From IMG/VR virus record IMGVR_UViG_3300025929_000013, positions 32,001-96,000 of that record: 64,000 nucleotides of DNA; one strand, 5' to 3'. Origin of the DNA: a virus. The translations under genes and the position numbers were made by a program. The notes below the pieces were generated by a model that was not told the DNA's origin, searched no databases, and saw nothing but the letters and a program-made list of their open reading frames with translations. Of the stretch, positions 28,835 to 38,260 are shown piece by piece (within the stretch, counting starts at the first letter, position 1; each line of letters opens with the position of its first letter).

Positions 28835-29069
28835 GTGATCTCCTGCTCAGCGCGGGATGGGCGTGAAGCACCGAGTTGTCCTCGGTGGTAAGGCCCTGAT
28901 AGCGCTCGCGTTCCGGCCGAAGCAGGCGATCGATGGCGTTGCGGAAGTACTCGACGGGGTCCACGTCCCCGTCTTCGAAGTCAGCTGTCACCGTGGCCGA
29001 ATATTCGGCCCATTCATAGGAGCCCAGGTTCACGTGCTCGGTGACCGTGCGCGTGATCTGGATCTTCAC
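28797..29069 (-). CDS. Hypothetical protein
   Basis: VNLGSYE motif; operon position. Confidence 0.6.
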   Translation of the reverse strand: MKIQITRTVTEHVNLGSYEWAEYSATVTADFEDGDVDPVEYFRNAIDRLLRPERERYQGLTTEDNSVLHAHPALSRRSHGNQAPPRTARG

Positions 29070-29551
29070 TGGTCCGCCTTGGCGGCCTGGGCCTCGGCGT
29101 TGGCGGTGCGCACGAACAGCTCGTAGATGCGCGCGCGGAAGTTGGTCTTGTGGATGTTGCGGCCGTGGGGGCTCAGGACCCCCTCCTCCCGCGCTATCTC
29201 GATCATCGCCTCGATCAGCGCGCGGGAATAAAGGCGCTGCCTTCCGCGCACGTCGGTGGACGGCGAGCGCCAGAAGGTGACCGGCAGGATGCCGTCCTGC
29301 TCCCAGCGCCGCACGGTGGTGACCTTGCGGTTAAGGGCCTTGGCCAAGGCGCCGATCGGAAAGAACTCGACCGTCTTGCCGCGCACCATGTACTTGCGCG
29401 GGTAGGAGTCCCAGCGCTCGCGGGAGGCGACGGGGGCGGCCAGCTCGGTCGGGCGCGAGGCCACGATCTGGCGGTTGGTGCCGGGGTACAGCCCGGTTTC
29501 CGGGTCGGGCGTGCGGATGAACGGGCCACCGGCGCAAGAGCTCTTGGTCAC
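29066..29551 (-). CDS. MerR-like HTH DNA-binding protein
   Basis: IGALAKALNRKVTTVRRWEQDGILP...RLYS. Confidence 0.8.
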   Translation of the reverse strand: MTKSSCAGGPFIRTPDPETGLYPGTNRQIVASRPTELAAPVASRERWDSYPRKYMVRGKTVEFFPIGALAKALNRKVTTVRRWEQDGILPVTFWRSPSTDVRGRQRLYSRALIEAMIEIAREEGVLSPHGRNIHKTNFRARIYELFVRTANAEAQAAKADQ

Positions 29552-30012
29552 AGCGCCTCCGCCTCCGGCTTGAACGCCCAGCTGACCCGGGTGTCGAACA
29601 GGTCGTCGATCTCGCGCTCGGTCAGCAGGCCCTGCTGGTAGAGGACGTAGAGCTCGTCCTGATCGAAGGTGGGCCTCGCCGGGAACAGCCGACCGACCAC
29701 GCCCTTGGCCATGGCCAGGGCCTCGGCGCGCTCCTCGTTGACCAGGCGTGAGACGCGCCGCTCGCGCTTGATGCCCTCGTAGCGGCGCCCGGCGTACTCG
29801 AAGGGGCGCCCGATCGCCAGGCGCAGGTGCCCGGACTCGTCGCTCTCGCCGTAGCGCTCGACGTCCGCGCTGATGTCGTCTCGCAATTGGTTGAGCTGGC
29901 TCGTGAGGCGGTCGACCTGGGCCTTGAGATAGACCCACATTTTCAGCTTCTCGGTAAGCTCCTTACCCGGCACCGTGCCGGGGTCGTCACACTGCATCAC
30001 AGATGTCTCCAC
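29548..30012 (-). CDS. Coiled-coil hypothetical phage protein
   Basis: 154 aa, high GC3. Confidence 0.65.
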   Translation of the reverse strand: METSVMQCDDPGTVPGKELTEKLKMWVYLKAQVDRLTSQLNQLRDDISADVERYGESDESGHLRLAIGRPFEYAGRRYEGIKRERRVSRLVNEERAEALAMAKGVVGRLFPARPTFDQDELYVLYQQGLLTEREIDDLFDTRVSWAFKPEAEAL

Positions 30013-30195
30013 GGTTGTATCCGCGCAGCCTGATAGAAGCGGTCTGAGAAGACCGTGCTGCTATCGGGGGAACTGCTAGCGACCGTAGGTCCACCCGGCC
30101 AAGAAGCCAAGGGTTGGCGCACTGCAAGTGACTATGGATTTGATGTGGTCAACTAATCGACCAATTGTTGGGGGGACGCACCCTCATCTGGACGT

Positions 30196-30816
30196 TTAAG
30201 CGGTGGCCTGGCGGTAAATGTTGCGCAGGCTTCCCTCGGAGCGCTCCAGGCCGCGCTCGGTGAGCCAGGGGGCGGCGATCTGGCGCGCGAAGGCGACGCC
30301 GGTTGCGTTCGGGTTGGCCGCGTACGCGACGGCGAGCTTCTCCAGCTCCTGGCGCACGGCGCTGCGCGGCTTCGTGGCACCCTTGGCGCGGGCGGGCTTG
30401 GTCTTCGTCGCGGGCTTCACCTCGGGCTCCTCGCGGTGCGCCGAGAAGTGCGACAGCAGGGTGTTGACGACGAAGGCGGCGCTGGGCAGCACGGCGACGA
30501 AGTATCCGACCAGGTCGTGCACGGGTGCGTCGAACAGGTTCGCCGCGAGGGAGATGCCGCAGAAGAGGGCGAACACGAACCACGCGAGCATGCGCACGCC
30601 GCCGGACAGGGTGCGGTCCAGGACCTTGCGCAGGGCGTACACGGTGACCGCGTCGACCGCGACGGGGTAGAGGTCGGCCTGCCACTGGCCCTGTCCGGCG
30701 CGCAGGGCCAGGTCCCTGATGTGGCTGAAGCTCAGGGCGCCGGTCACGACGGCCAGGAACACGGTCGCGCCGTGCTCGGCGATTTTCTGCGTGATCTCGC
30801 TCAGCCAGCGCATCAT
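30196..30816 (-). CDS. DUF2637 / SpdA-like membrane protein with basic C-terminal putative DNA-binding region
   Basis: LSFSHIRDLA..AG, YPVAVD, SLAAN and about four hydrophobic helices; Lys/Arg-rich linker then a helical domain. Confidence 0.8.
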   Translation of the reverse strand: MMRWLSEITQKIAEHGATVFLAVVTGALSFSHIRDLALRAGQGQWQADLYPVAVDAVTVYALRKVLDRTLSGGVRMLAWFVFALFCGISLAANLFDAPVHDLVGYFVAVLPSAAFVVNTLLSHFSAHREEPEVKPATKTKPARAKGATKPRSAVRQELEKLAVAYAANPNATGVAFARQIAAPWLTERGLERSEGSLRNIYRQATA

Positions 30817-30840
30817 TTCCCCACCCGATTCCCTGAATCA

Positions 30841-31930
30841 GTGCACCGTATTTCGACAGGGTAGGAGAGTGCTGCGCATTGTGCAAACTATTCTACCGCT
30901 TGTGAACTTGTGCACCCTGTGTGGGATCGTGGTGTGTGCACATCTGGGCGGTTCGTGCACGCACGTCATTCACCCGTTCGGCCCCACGCCGGTGTGCGTG
31001 ATGCGTGCAGGTGTGCGGTGAGTGATCCGCGTTTGTGCGTGCGCTTGTGTGCACGGTCGTCGACCGAGGCGAGCATGACCTGTTGTGCACCGAGCATCCG
31101 TGCATGCACGTGCTCCTCGATGCTGTGCACGGTGACCATGTCGTCCACGTGCACGGTGCGGTGCACCGAGGATGCACGGGTGTGCCGGGTGCAGCGCTGC
31201 ATCCATGCACCCACCCCGCCGGGCGCGTCGTAGTTGATCACGTGGGAGGCGACGGGCAGGTCGACGCCGCTGCCCCCGGCGTCCGTGCTCAGGAACACCC
31301 GGCACGTGAAGCTGGTGCAGAAGCGGGCCACGGCCGCGGCGCGGGCCGCCGCGTCAAGCTCTCCGTGGTACAGGACGCTCTGATAGGCCCCCAGGGCTTC
31401 TTGCAGCAGCGGGAGCATCTCACGGAACGCGGTGAACACCACGACCTTGTGGGAGGGCTCGACGAGGGCTGCGTCGACCAGCTGGAGCAGGACGTCGAGC
31501 TTCTCCCCGCCCGCCTGCTCGGGAATCGCGCCCGCGTCGACCAGCTTGCGGGCGTAGGCGCTGCCGATGCCCTTGCCCTTGCCCTTGCCCGCGCTGCGGT
31601 GTTTGGCCGCGGAGACGTGCAGCAACCGCGGGTCGCACAGCAGCAGCCGCGCGGCGAGCATGCACGCGCTGACCCGGCCGAGCGCCGCGCTGCCGTGCTG
31701 TGCACCGCCCGCGTACAGTGCGGCGACGTCCACGTGCGCACGACCCTCGTCGCGGGCACGCTCCAGTGCATGCTCCAGGTCGCGTTCGATACGTGCATAC
31801 ACCGCGCGGGTGTGCACACCCAGATGCACCGGGACCGTACGGTGCACGACGGCGGGCATGCACGCGGCCACGTCCGGATCGTGCACGGTGCGCCGGTGCA
31901 TCGCCGGGGCGAGCGTGTCGTGCATGACGT
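30841..31930. repeat. Two clusters of GTGCAC palindromes (13 exact copies plus TGCA variants)
   Basis: Exact copies start at 30841, 30910, 30936, 30955, 31049, 31085, 31125, 31149, 31161, 31700, 31812, 31842 and 31881. Confidence 0.85.
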
Positions 31931-32600
31931 CGAGGTTCCGGTAGGCCACGGGGCGCCCGTACTCGTTGCGCACGACGTAGGCGCGGTCGTATAGGTCCCA
32001 CCGGCCGAACACGGACGGGTCGACCCACTGCATGACGCTGTAGATCTCCTCGGGCCTGCCGTTGTCCATGGGCGTACCGGTCAGGGCGTACCGGTACGGA
32101 GCTGTCAAATCCTTGATCTTCTTGGTGCGCTGCGCCCCGGCGTTCTTGATCGCCTGCGCCTCGTCCAGGACGATCCCCTCGAAAGCCAGGCGTCGCAGGG
32201 CCCCCGCGTCGGCGCACGCGGTCTCGTAGGAGACGATCACGTAGTCCGGGCGCCCGTCGCGCTGCATCGCGGCGTATAGCTCGGCACGCTTGGCCGGGGC
32301 GGCGTCGATCACCGCGCAGTGTTCCGCGGCCGGGACGCGCAGCGTCACATTCTTGAGCCGGATCCCGCGCGTGCGAACGTCGGCGAAGGCCGCGATCTTC
32401 TCGGCCCACTGCCAGCGCAGCGCCGCCGGGACGATGATCAGGGCGCTGTCGACCTCGCCGCGCATGAAGAGTTCTTCGATCACGGCGAGGGCGACCAGGG
32501 TCTTGCCGGTGCCCATCCCGTGCGCGATCAGCATGCTGCGGCGCTCGACGGCGGCGCTCACGGCCTGTTCCTGGTAGCCGTGCAGATTTCCGCAGAACAT
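30966..32600 (-). CDS. SNF2-family helicase
   Basis: GMGTGKT, LDEAQ, LTGTP and STDAG..GVDL. Confidence 0.92.
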   Translation of the reverse strand: MFCGNLHGYQEQAVSAAVERRSMLIAHGMGTGKTLVALAVIEELFMRGEVDSALIIVPAALRWQWAEKIAAFADVRTRGIRLKNVTLRVPAAEHCAVIDAAPAKRAELYAAMQRDGRPDYVIVSYETACADAGALRRLAFEGIVLDEAQAIKNAGAQRTKKIKDLTAPYRYALTGTPMDNGRPEEIYSVMQWVDPSVFGRWDLYDRAYVVRNEYGRPVAYRNLDVMHDTLAPAMHRRTVHDPDVAACMPAVVHRTVPVHLGVHTRAVYARIERDLEHALERARDEGRAHVDVAALYAGGAQHGSAALGRVSACMLAARLLLCDPRLLHVSAAKHRSAGKGKGKGIGSAYARKLVDAGAIPEQAGGEKLDVLLQLVDAALVEPSHKVVVFTAFREMLPLLQEALGAYQSVLYHGELDAAARAAAVARFCTSFTCRVFLSTDAGGSGVDLPVASHVINYDAPGGVGAWMQRCTRHTRASSVHRTVHVDDMVTVHSIEEHVHARMLGAQQVMLASVDDRAHKRTHKRGSLTAHLHASRTPAWGRTGE

Positions 32601-33530
32601 TTACAGACGCTCCAAATACCGCGCGAGGCGCGAGTAGGCGCCGTCGTAGGCGTCGGCGATCTCTTTGTCGCTCATCTCGCCGGGGTCTTTGACGGTGCGC
32701 CGCGGGTAGCGGAAAAAAGTGACGCGGGTGCGGCGGCGCAGCCGGGCCTCGACCAGGTCCGCGTTCGAGATCCCCGGCTCGTCGTTGTCCAGGGCGATCA
32801 CGACCCGGTCGGCCAGGCGCACCAGCAGGTCGATCTGGGCGTCCGAGACAACCGCGCCGAAGGAGGCGAGCGCGCCGGGGATTCCGGCGGCCCACAGCCG
32901 GGCGCAGTCCAGGGGGGACTCGACCAGGACCGCGGTGTCGCCGTCGAAGGCGTGCGCCCCGAACAGGGTGGAGGCCTTGGCGATGCCGCGGGGGCGGTTG
33001 CGCACGAACTTGCCGCGCTTGTACTGGTAGCCGAGCAGCGCGCCGCGCGGGTCGCGGATCGGCAGGACGAAGCCGCCGGACTCCTCGTCCCACAGCAGGC
33101 CGTAGCGGGCGGCGCCCTCGTCGTCGATGCCGCGTTTGGCAAGCGCCTCGGCCGGGGGGAAGGCGTAGCCTGCCAGGCTCGGCTCCGGCGGGGGCGCCGA
33201 TGGTACGCAGGGTCCGCGCAGGATCCGTGCGGCGCGCTCCAACGACCCGTAGCGCGCGGTCCAGGTGTGCGCGGCGACCGGGTCCAGGCCCAGGCGGTCC
33301 ATGACCAGGGTGGGAAACGAACCCTGATAGCCGCAGCTGAAGCAGAGGAACAGACCGCGCTCCTCGTTGACACTGAACGAAGGGTGCCGGTCCTCTTTCC
33401 CGGTGCGCGCGAGATGGGCGGGGCAGTGCGCCCACACCTCCCCGCCCTCGACGCGCACGATCTCGATCCCCAGCTCCCGCAGCGCGCCCTGTACGTCGCC
33501 GGGCACCGGCGGGGCGGTCAGATCCCACAT
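32601..33530 (-). CDS. DNA primase (CHC2 zinc finger plus Toprim)
   Basis: CPAH...CFSC, VES..D, LDNDEPG and KDPGE. Confidence 0.92.
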   Translation of the reverse strand: MWDLTAPPVPGDVQGALRELGIEIVRVEGGEVWAHCPAHLARTGKEDRHPSFSVNEERGLFLCFSCGYQGSFPTLVMDRLGLDPVAAHTWTARYGSLERAARILRGPCVPSAPPPEPSLAGYAFPPAEALAKRGIDDEGAARYGLLWDEESGGFVLPIRDPRGALLGYQYKRGKFVRNRPRGIAKASTLFGAHAFDGDTAVLVESPLDCARLWAAGIPGALASFGAVVSDAQIDLLVRLADRVVIALDNDEPGISNADLVEARLRRRTRVTFFRYPRRTVKDPGEMSDKEIADAYDGAYSRLARYLERL

Positions 33531-33539
33531 ACCGGCGCC

Positions 33540-34817
33540 CTACCAGCGTGAGGTCGCGCTCGTGCCGCCGGTGGTGGCCTCGAATGGGCTCTGCGCCAGC
33601 TCCTCGCACGCCCCGCGACTCCAGTCGATGCGGATGTGGCTCTGCACGTTGGGGCAGTTGCGCGAGGCGACGATCTTGAGCAGCTTGACCGCGTCGTCGT
33701 CGGTGGGATCGAGCGCCATGGCGATGTCGGCGTCCATTTCGAAGCTCGACGCCCAACCGAACGAGCCGCCGTCGGCGCCCTTCTTGCGGTCGACCTTGGA
33801 GCGCAGCAGCTGGCTGGTGATGATCACCGGGATCGCCCAGGTGTCGGCGAGACGCTTGAAGGACTGCGTGAGAGAGGTGATGGCCTGGGGTGTGCCCACG
33901 TCCCCGGTCAACTCGTCGCGCATCAGGTAGATGCCATCGACCGCGAGCAAATCGGGGCGGTTGCGCTCGATCGACGCGGCGATCTGTGTAATCGTGGCCT
34001 GATGTGCGATCCCCTTGTGGATGTGGAAGGACGCCATGCCTCCCACGCGGGCGATCGCGCGTTCCAAGCGAATCCATTCGGCCTGGTTAAGCGTGCCGCT
34101 GCGCAGCTTCTGGACGTCGATCCCGGCGAACGAGGCGTCGAGGCGCTCGGCGATCTCCATGACGCCCATCTCGATCGTGTAGAGCAGCGGAACCAGCTCG
34201 CTGCCGTTGGCGTAGGCGTCCTCGTAGGCGTAGCGGGTGATGGCGCTCAGGACAGTGGTCTTGCCCCCCTTGGGCAGGCCGCCGAGCACGACGAGCTGTC
34301 CCGGTTGCAGGCCTTGGGTGGCTCGGTCGACGGTGGGGAACCCGGTGGGGATCCCGCGCAGGCCCTCGATGCTCTCGCGGTAGGCGCGATACTGCCCCAG
34401 GCGCTCGTCGCCGCTCTTGAGCAGTTCCAGCATCGCCGCGCGACGGCTCGGGCGCATCAAGGAGCGCAGGGTGGTGGCGAGTACGCCCTCGCTGGCGTCC
34501 AGGTCCCCGGCCTCCAGCGCCTCGACCGCGCGCACCACGCCCACAGCGAGCACCTCGCGGTTGCGCTGCTCGACCAGGCGGTCGAGGTAGACGGCGATCG
34601 GCTCGGGCGGGGTGTCGAAGGTGTAGCCGGGGAACTGGGCCGCGAGGGTCTCGGCGCTCGGGACGCGGCCGTAGCGCGTCTGGTGGCCGAGGATCGCCTT
34701 GTACACCTTGGCGTGCACGGGGGTGGGGAAGTATTCGGCGGTGATCTGGGCGTCGGTCAGGGCGTGGGTCGAGCCCTCGGCCACGACCGCGCACAGGACC
34801 CTGTGTTCGATGTCCAT
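33540..34817 (-). CDS. dnaB: DnaB-like replicative helicase
   Basis: GIPTGF, G.PKGGKT, IEMG, SQL.R and E.DAD. Confidence 0.93.
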   Translation of the reverse strand: MDIEHRVLCAVVAEGSTHALTDAQITAEYFPTPVHAKVYKAILGHQTRYGRVPSAETLAAQFPGYTFDTPPEPIAVYLDRLVEQRNREVLAVGVVRAVEALEAGDLDASEGVLATTLRSLMRPSRRAAMLELLKSGDERLGQYRAYRESIEGLRGIPTGFPTVDRATQGLQPGQLVVLGGLPKGGKTTVLSAITRYAYEDAYANGSELVPLLYTIEMGVMEIAERLDASFAGIDVQKLRSGTLNQAEWIRLERAIARVGGMASFHIHKGIAHQATITQIAASIERNRPDLLAVDGIYLMRDELTGDVGTPQAITSLTQSFKRLADTWAIPVIITSQLLRSKVDRKKGADGGSFGWASSFEMDADIAMALDPTDDDAVKLLKIVASRNCPNVQSHIRIDWSRGACEELAQSPFEATTGGTSATSRW

Positions 34818-35273
34818 CTAGAGCCGTCCGATCTGGTCCGCGCGGTCGGGGGGAAGATGCTGGCCGCGCTGCCCGAATGTCAATAGGTTGGCCCGGTCGG
34901 GGAAGTAGACCCGCTGCACGTCCGGGCGCCGCGCCAGCTCGCGGGCGACACCGGCGGGGGTGCGGCTCAGGACCGGGGCGTAGATGTTCTGCTCGTAGCC
35001 GAGCGTCTCGGCCAGCTCCAGGGCGAAGCCGTCCCCGAGGAAGGTGAGCACTTCCAGGTGCCAGTGGTCGCGCACCATCGTGCGGTAGATCGCGGCGGCG
35101 GCCAGCTCGTTGACCGAGAAGTCCGCGGGGGACAGCGCCCTGGGGGGCGTACGGCGGCGCCAGGGGCCCTTGCGCGGTGCGCTTGGGGTCTCGGGCCGCC
35201 GCAGCCCCACCAGGCCCTCGTAGACCACCCAGAGCCGCTGCGGGGGGTCGTCTGAGATGTCGCCGTGCTGCAT
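34818..35273 (-). CDS. Hypothetical phage protein
   Basis: MQHGDIS...VVYEGL; contiguous operon. Confidence 0.65.
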   Translation of the reverse strand: MQHGDISDDPPQRLWVVYEGLVGLRRPETPSAPRKGPWRRRTPPRALSPADFSVNELAAAAIYRTMVRDHWHLEVLTFLGDGFALELAETLGYEQNIYAPVLSRTPAGVARELARRPDVQRVYFPDRANLLTFGQRGQHLPPDRADQIGRL

Positions 35274-35962
35274 CAGGACCGGTGCCGCGGGATGGTGACC
35301 GGCAGCTGTGTGAAGCCGCGCAGGAACTCGACCAGGTGCTCGGGGTAGGCAGCGATCATCTGGGGCAGCCCCACGCCGGTGACGGCGATGGTGACCAGGC
35401 CGCGGCGGCGGCGGGAGGCAAGGACGCGGTACAGCTCGTCGTAGGACGCACCGGAGGCGGTGATGCGCTCGCGCCCGATGTCGTCGATCACGATCAGCGA
35501 GTCGTGCATGACGCGATCCATGGAGGCGTCCAGGCTCTCCAGGTCGTCCTCGTGCTCGATGCCCCGGCCCTCGCGCCAGGCGTGACGCTCGTTGAAGAAA
35601 TGGATGTAGTCCGGCCAGGGCACGTAGAGCACGGTGATCCCGTCGTACCGGCGCCCCAGCACGATCTCGGTCAGCACCGTGCAGGCGATCTCAGTCTTGC
35701 CGATCTTCGGAGGCCCGCTCACGAACAGGCCGACCCCGATCAGGCTGCGATCGTCGGGGAACTCGGATAGGGGCGTGCGCTCGGGCACGTAGCGCACTGC
35801 GAACGTCTCGATGAAGTCCCGGGCGATCTGGAGCGTGGCCTCAGGATGGGCGAGGTCCTCCAGGACGCGGCCCCAGGTGCCCACGGGGAATCGGGCGGCG
35901 TTCCACACGGAGGCGGGCGGCATTGTCTCGGTCACGGGGTTCCAATCAGGATACGAATTCAT
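35273..35962 (-). CDS. DnaC-like helicase loader (AAA+)
   Basis: GPPKIGKT Walker A and IVIDDIG Walker B; lies between initiator and DnaB. Confidence 0.85.
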   Translation of the reverse strand: MNSYPDWNPVTETMPPASVWNAARFPVGTWGRVLEDLAHPEATLQIARDFIETFAVRYVPERTPLSEFPDDRSLIGVGLFVSGPPKIGKTEIACTVLTEIVLGRRYDGITVLYVPWPDYIHFFNERHAWREGRGIEHEDDLESLDASMDRVMHDSLIVIDDIGRERITASGASYDELYRVLASRRRRGLVTIAVTGVGLPQMIAAYPEHLVEFLRGFTQLPVTIPRHRS

Positions 35963-36884
35963 AGGTGGTCGGGGTCGAGGTCCGCTCCGGCCAGCGCACG
36001 TAGGCGTCGGGGTCGTCGCGGTACAGGGCGCGCTGCTCGGCCTCGCGGATCTTGGACAGCAGCAGGTGGCGCTGGAAGAGGAAGTGCCTCCAGGGGGCCA
36101 CGCTCGGATTGCGCAGGCCTCCGGCCTCGGCGTACAGGTTCGTCATCGCGCGGATCTGCGCGGGGGTGACGCCCTCGTCGAGCAGCACCCGGAACAAGCG
36201 TGCCAATGCCTTGACATTGGTGTCGAGGGCTCCGGCGATCCGGGCCTCCTGCATCCGCGCGCGCCACGCCAGGGCCAGGCCCATCGGGCTGTCGGCCGAG
36301 GGCGAGCGCCGCGGGCCGTGGGAGCCCCAGCTCTCCCGCGAGGCCCCGGCGCTCGCGCTCGCCGGGTGCGTCTGCCACAGATCCAGAGCCTTCGCCGGAT
36401 CCAGGGCGTCCTCCCGGTCCCTGGCCGCCTTCGCCTCCCGGCGTACCGCCGCGCGCCGCGGCGGTGAAGGAAGACACGAAGTGTCTTTCTTCTCTGGCTC
36501 TGGTTCTATTGGCTCTCGTTCATTGAGGGCCCCCATCCGTGATGGGTCGGTGTCCCGCACCGGTGATGGGTCGCTTGCAGGGTTCTGCGATGGTGCGGGC
36601 TTCCCGATGCCGAGGAGATATTCGACGCCGTGGATGACGCCGCGGCGCTTGACGGTGATCCACCCGGTCTCGCGAAGCTCGCGCACCGCCCGCTCGATCG
36701 TGGGTACCGAGCACTTGAGATCGGCGGCGAGCGTGGCCTGGCGCGGCCAGCACCGCCGCGCGTCGCCCGCGTAGCGCAGCAGCATCCCGTAGACCGTGAT
36801 CGCCCGCGGAGACAGACCGCTTCGCAGCAGCTCTTCGGGCAACGGTGCCCAGTACCCCTCGTTCATCAGTACCCCGTCATCCAT
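35946..36884 (-). CDS. Replication initiator with N-terminal winged HTH
   Basis: CWPRQATLAADLKCS..TIERA..EL...GWI; upstream of the loader. Confidence 0.8.
   Translation of the reverse strand: MDDGVLMNEGYWAPLPEELLRSGLSPRAITVYGMLLRYAGDARRCWPRQATLAADLKCSVPTIERAVRELRETGWITVKRRGVIHGVEYLLGIGKPAPSQNPASDPSPVRDTDPSRMGALNEREPIEPEPEKKDTSCLPSPPRRAAVRREAKAARDREDALDPAKALDLWQTHPASASAGASRESWGSHGPRRSPSADSPMGLALAWRARMQEARIAGALDTNVKALARLFRVLLDEGVTPAQIRAMTNLYAEAGGLRNPSVAPWRHFLFQRHLLLSKIREAEQRALYRDDPDAYVRWPERTSTPTTYEFVS
36481..36597. repeat. Candidate iterons and origin within the initiator gene
   Basis: GTGATGGGTCG at 36539 and 36563, degenerate copy at 36587 (24-nt period), next to a T-rich tract at 36481-36525. 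Confidence 0.5.
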
Positions 36885-37114
36885 GTGGACTTGGTCATCA
36901 GCTCGTTTAGGAACAGCACCGCGTCCGTCCTGTCCAGGCCGAGCAGTTCGGCCATCTCCCCGGCTTCGGGACGCCGCTCAAGCACGAACCACAGCGCCGC
37001 GATCAGCCGTGCTCCGGTGCTGAGCGAGGTATCGAGGATGATCTTGGCTGGCATGCAGAAGATGCGCTGGTCGACCAAGACGCGGATCGGCTCGTCGGCC
37101 TCGGTGGCGGGCAC
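36866..37114 (-). CDS. Small HTH-like protein
   Basis: LSTGARL...EMAELLGL. Confidence 0.55.
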   Translation of the reverse strand: MPATEADEPIRVLVDQRIFCMPAKIILDTSLSTGARLIAALWFVLERRPEAGEMAELLGLDRTDAVLFLNELMTKSTWMTGY

Positions 37115-37117
37115 GGC

Positions 37118-38260
37118 CTAGTCCACCGGGACTTCGCGGGTCTGCACGTTCTTGCGCGGGCGCCCGCGGCCCTTGGGGCGCCACTGCCCGGCCTCCTCGT
37201 CGAACCACTCGGTGCGGGTGCGCTGCGCCATCTGCACCGCGACCGTCACCGACGGCTCGGCCTGCTCGGGGATCTCCTGCGGCTGGGGCACCGCGTCCGC
37301 GATCGCCTCCAGCTCCTGCGCCGCGTCCGTCGGGGCCACCCCGAGCAGGTGCTGGAGGATCACGTGCAGGCGCAGCAGCTCGTCGGTGACCGGGCTGCCC
37401 GGACCGTCGGTGACCCCGGTGTAGTCCATCCGCGTGACCAGGTCGGTGGCGATGTGGTACTCAAGCAGCTTGTCCAGGGTGGAGAACACGTTCGCGACCG
37501 GATCGCCCTCCAGCTCCCGGCCCAGGTCCAGCTGCGTGGTGCGGGTGATCGCGTGGGTGATGGTCACCGGGCCGTCCCCCGCGCCCGCCATGACCGCGTC
37601 GCGCAGCTTGGCGCCGAACGGGCGGCGCGCCAGGACCTCCGGGTCGACCTTCAGGGCGCCGCGCGAGGCCAGCGCCCCGCGGATGCGCTCGTCGTCCAGC
37701 TCGATCTCCGCAAGCTGCGGCTCGGGCAGCTCCTGCTGCCCGAACACCTGCGGCGCCGGGGGCTCGATCGGGGCCAGCCCGTAGGACAGGTTCAGCACCG
37801 TGCGCACCCCGCGCTCGAATGCGGATTCGATCAGCGCCCGGGTCTCCTCGTCCGGGTCGGTGTCCTCGTGCAGCACCAGCAGCACGACCTCGTCCGCCGG
37901 GTCCGCCTCGGCCAGCAGCTCGGCGATGCGCCCGTAGACGTCGGACGCGGCCTCCAGGTTGTCCGTCTCGCCCTTGGCGCCCTTCACGTCCCGGCGCGTG
38001 GGCGGGTTGGTCACCGAGATCACACCGGTGAAGTCCAGGTTCGCCAGGGCCGACCACTGGTGCACCATCGCGACGCCGGGGGTGAAGTGCTCGTCGGTCA
38101 GCGGCAGGATCAGCCGGATCTCGTCGTACTTGACGCCCTCGCCGGTGTAGTAGCCCTCCTCGTCCTTGGCGCCGAAGCCCAGCCAGTCGTTGAGCAGCTC
38201 GTAGATGTTGTCCCGGTTCGCGGGCCCGTTCCCGGCCACCGCAAAGGTCAATGTCCCCAT
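37118..38260 (-). CDS. Acidic hypothetical protein with C-terminal AT-hook
   Basis: Start MGTLTF after AAGGG; ends ...RPKGRGRPRK. Confidence 0.7.
   Translation of the reverse strand: MGTLTFAVAGNGPANRDNIYELLNDWLGFGAKDEEGYYTGEGVKYDEIRLILPLTDEHFTPGVAMVHQWSALANLDFTGVISVTNPPTRRDVKGAKGETDNLEAASDVYGRIAELLAEADPADEVVLLVLHEDTDPDEETRALIESAFERGVRTVLNLSYGLAPIEPPAPQVFGQQELPEPQLAEIELDDERIRGALASRGALKVDPEVLARRPFGAKLRDAVMAGAGDGPVTITHAITRTTQLDLGRELEGDPVANVFSTLDKLLEYHIATDLVTRMDYTGVTDGPGSPVTDELLRLHVILQHLLGVAPTDAAQELEAIADAVPQPQEIPEQAEPSVTVAVQMAQRTRTEWFDEEAGQWRPKGRGRPRKNVQTREVPVD

Noticed and set aside
30841-31930. CRISPR array or tandem repeat
   Set aside because: The repeats are 6-bp palindromes with irregular spacing and no repeat-spacer structure
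31420-34077. Long alternative-frame and antisense ORFs (this one, 2653-4443, 26284-28161, 53699-55585 and others)
   Set aside because: Arg/Pro/Gly-rich shadows of high-GC3 genes with no recognisable motifs
23603-34817. Inteins or further introns in RecA, DNA polymerase, primase or DnaB
   Set aside because: Lengths are normal and motifs are contiguous
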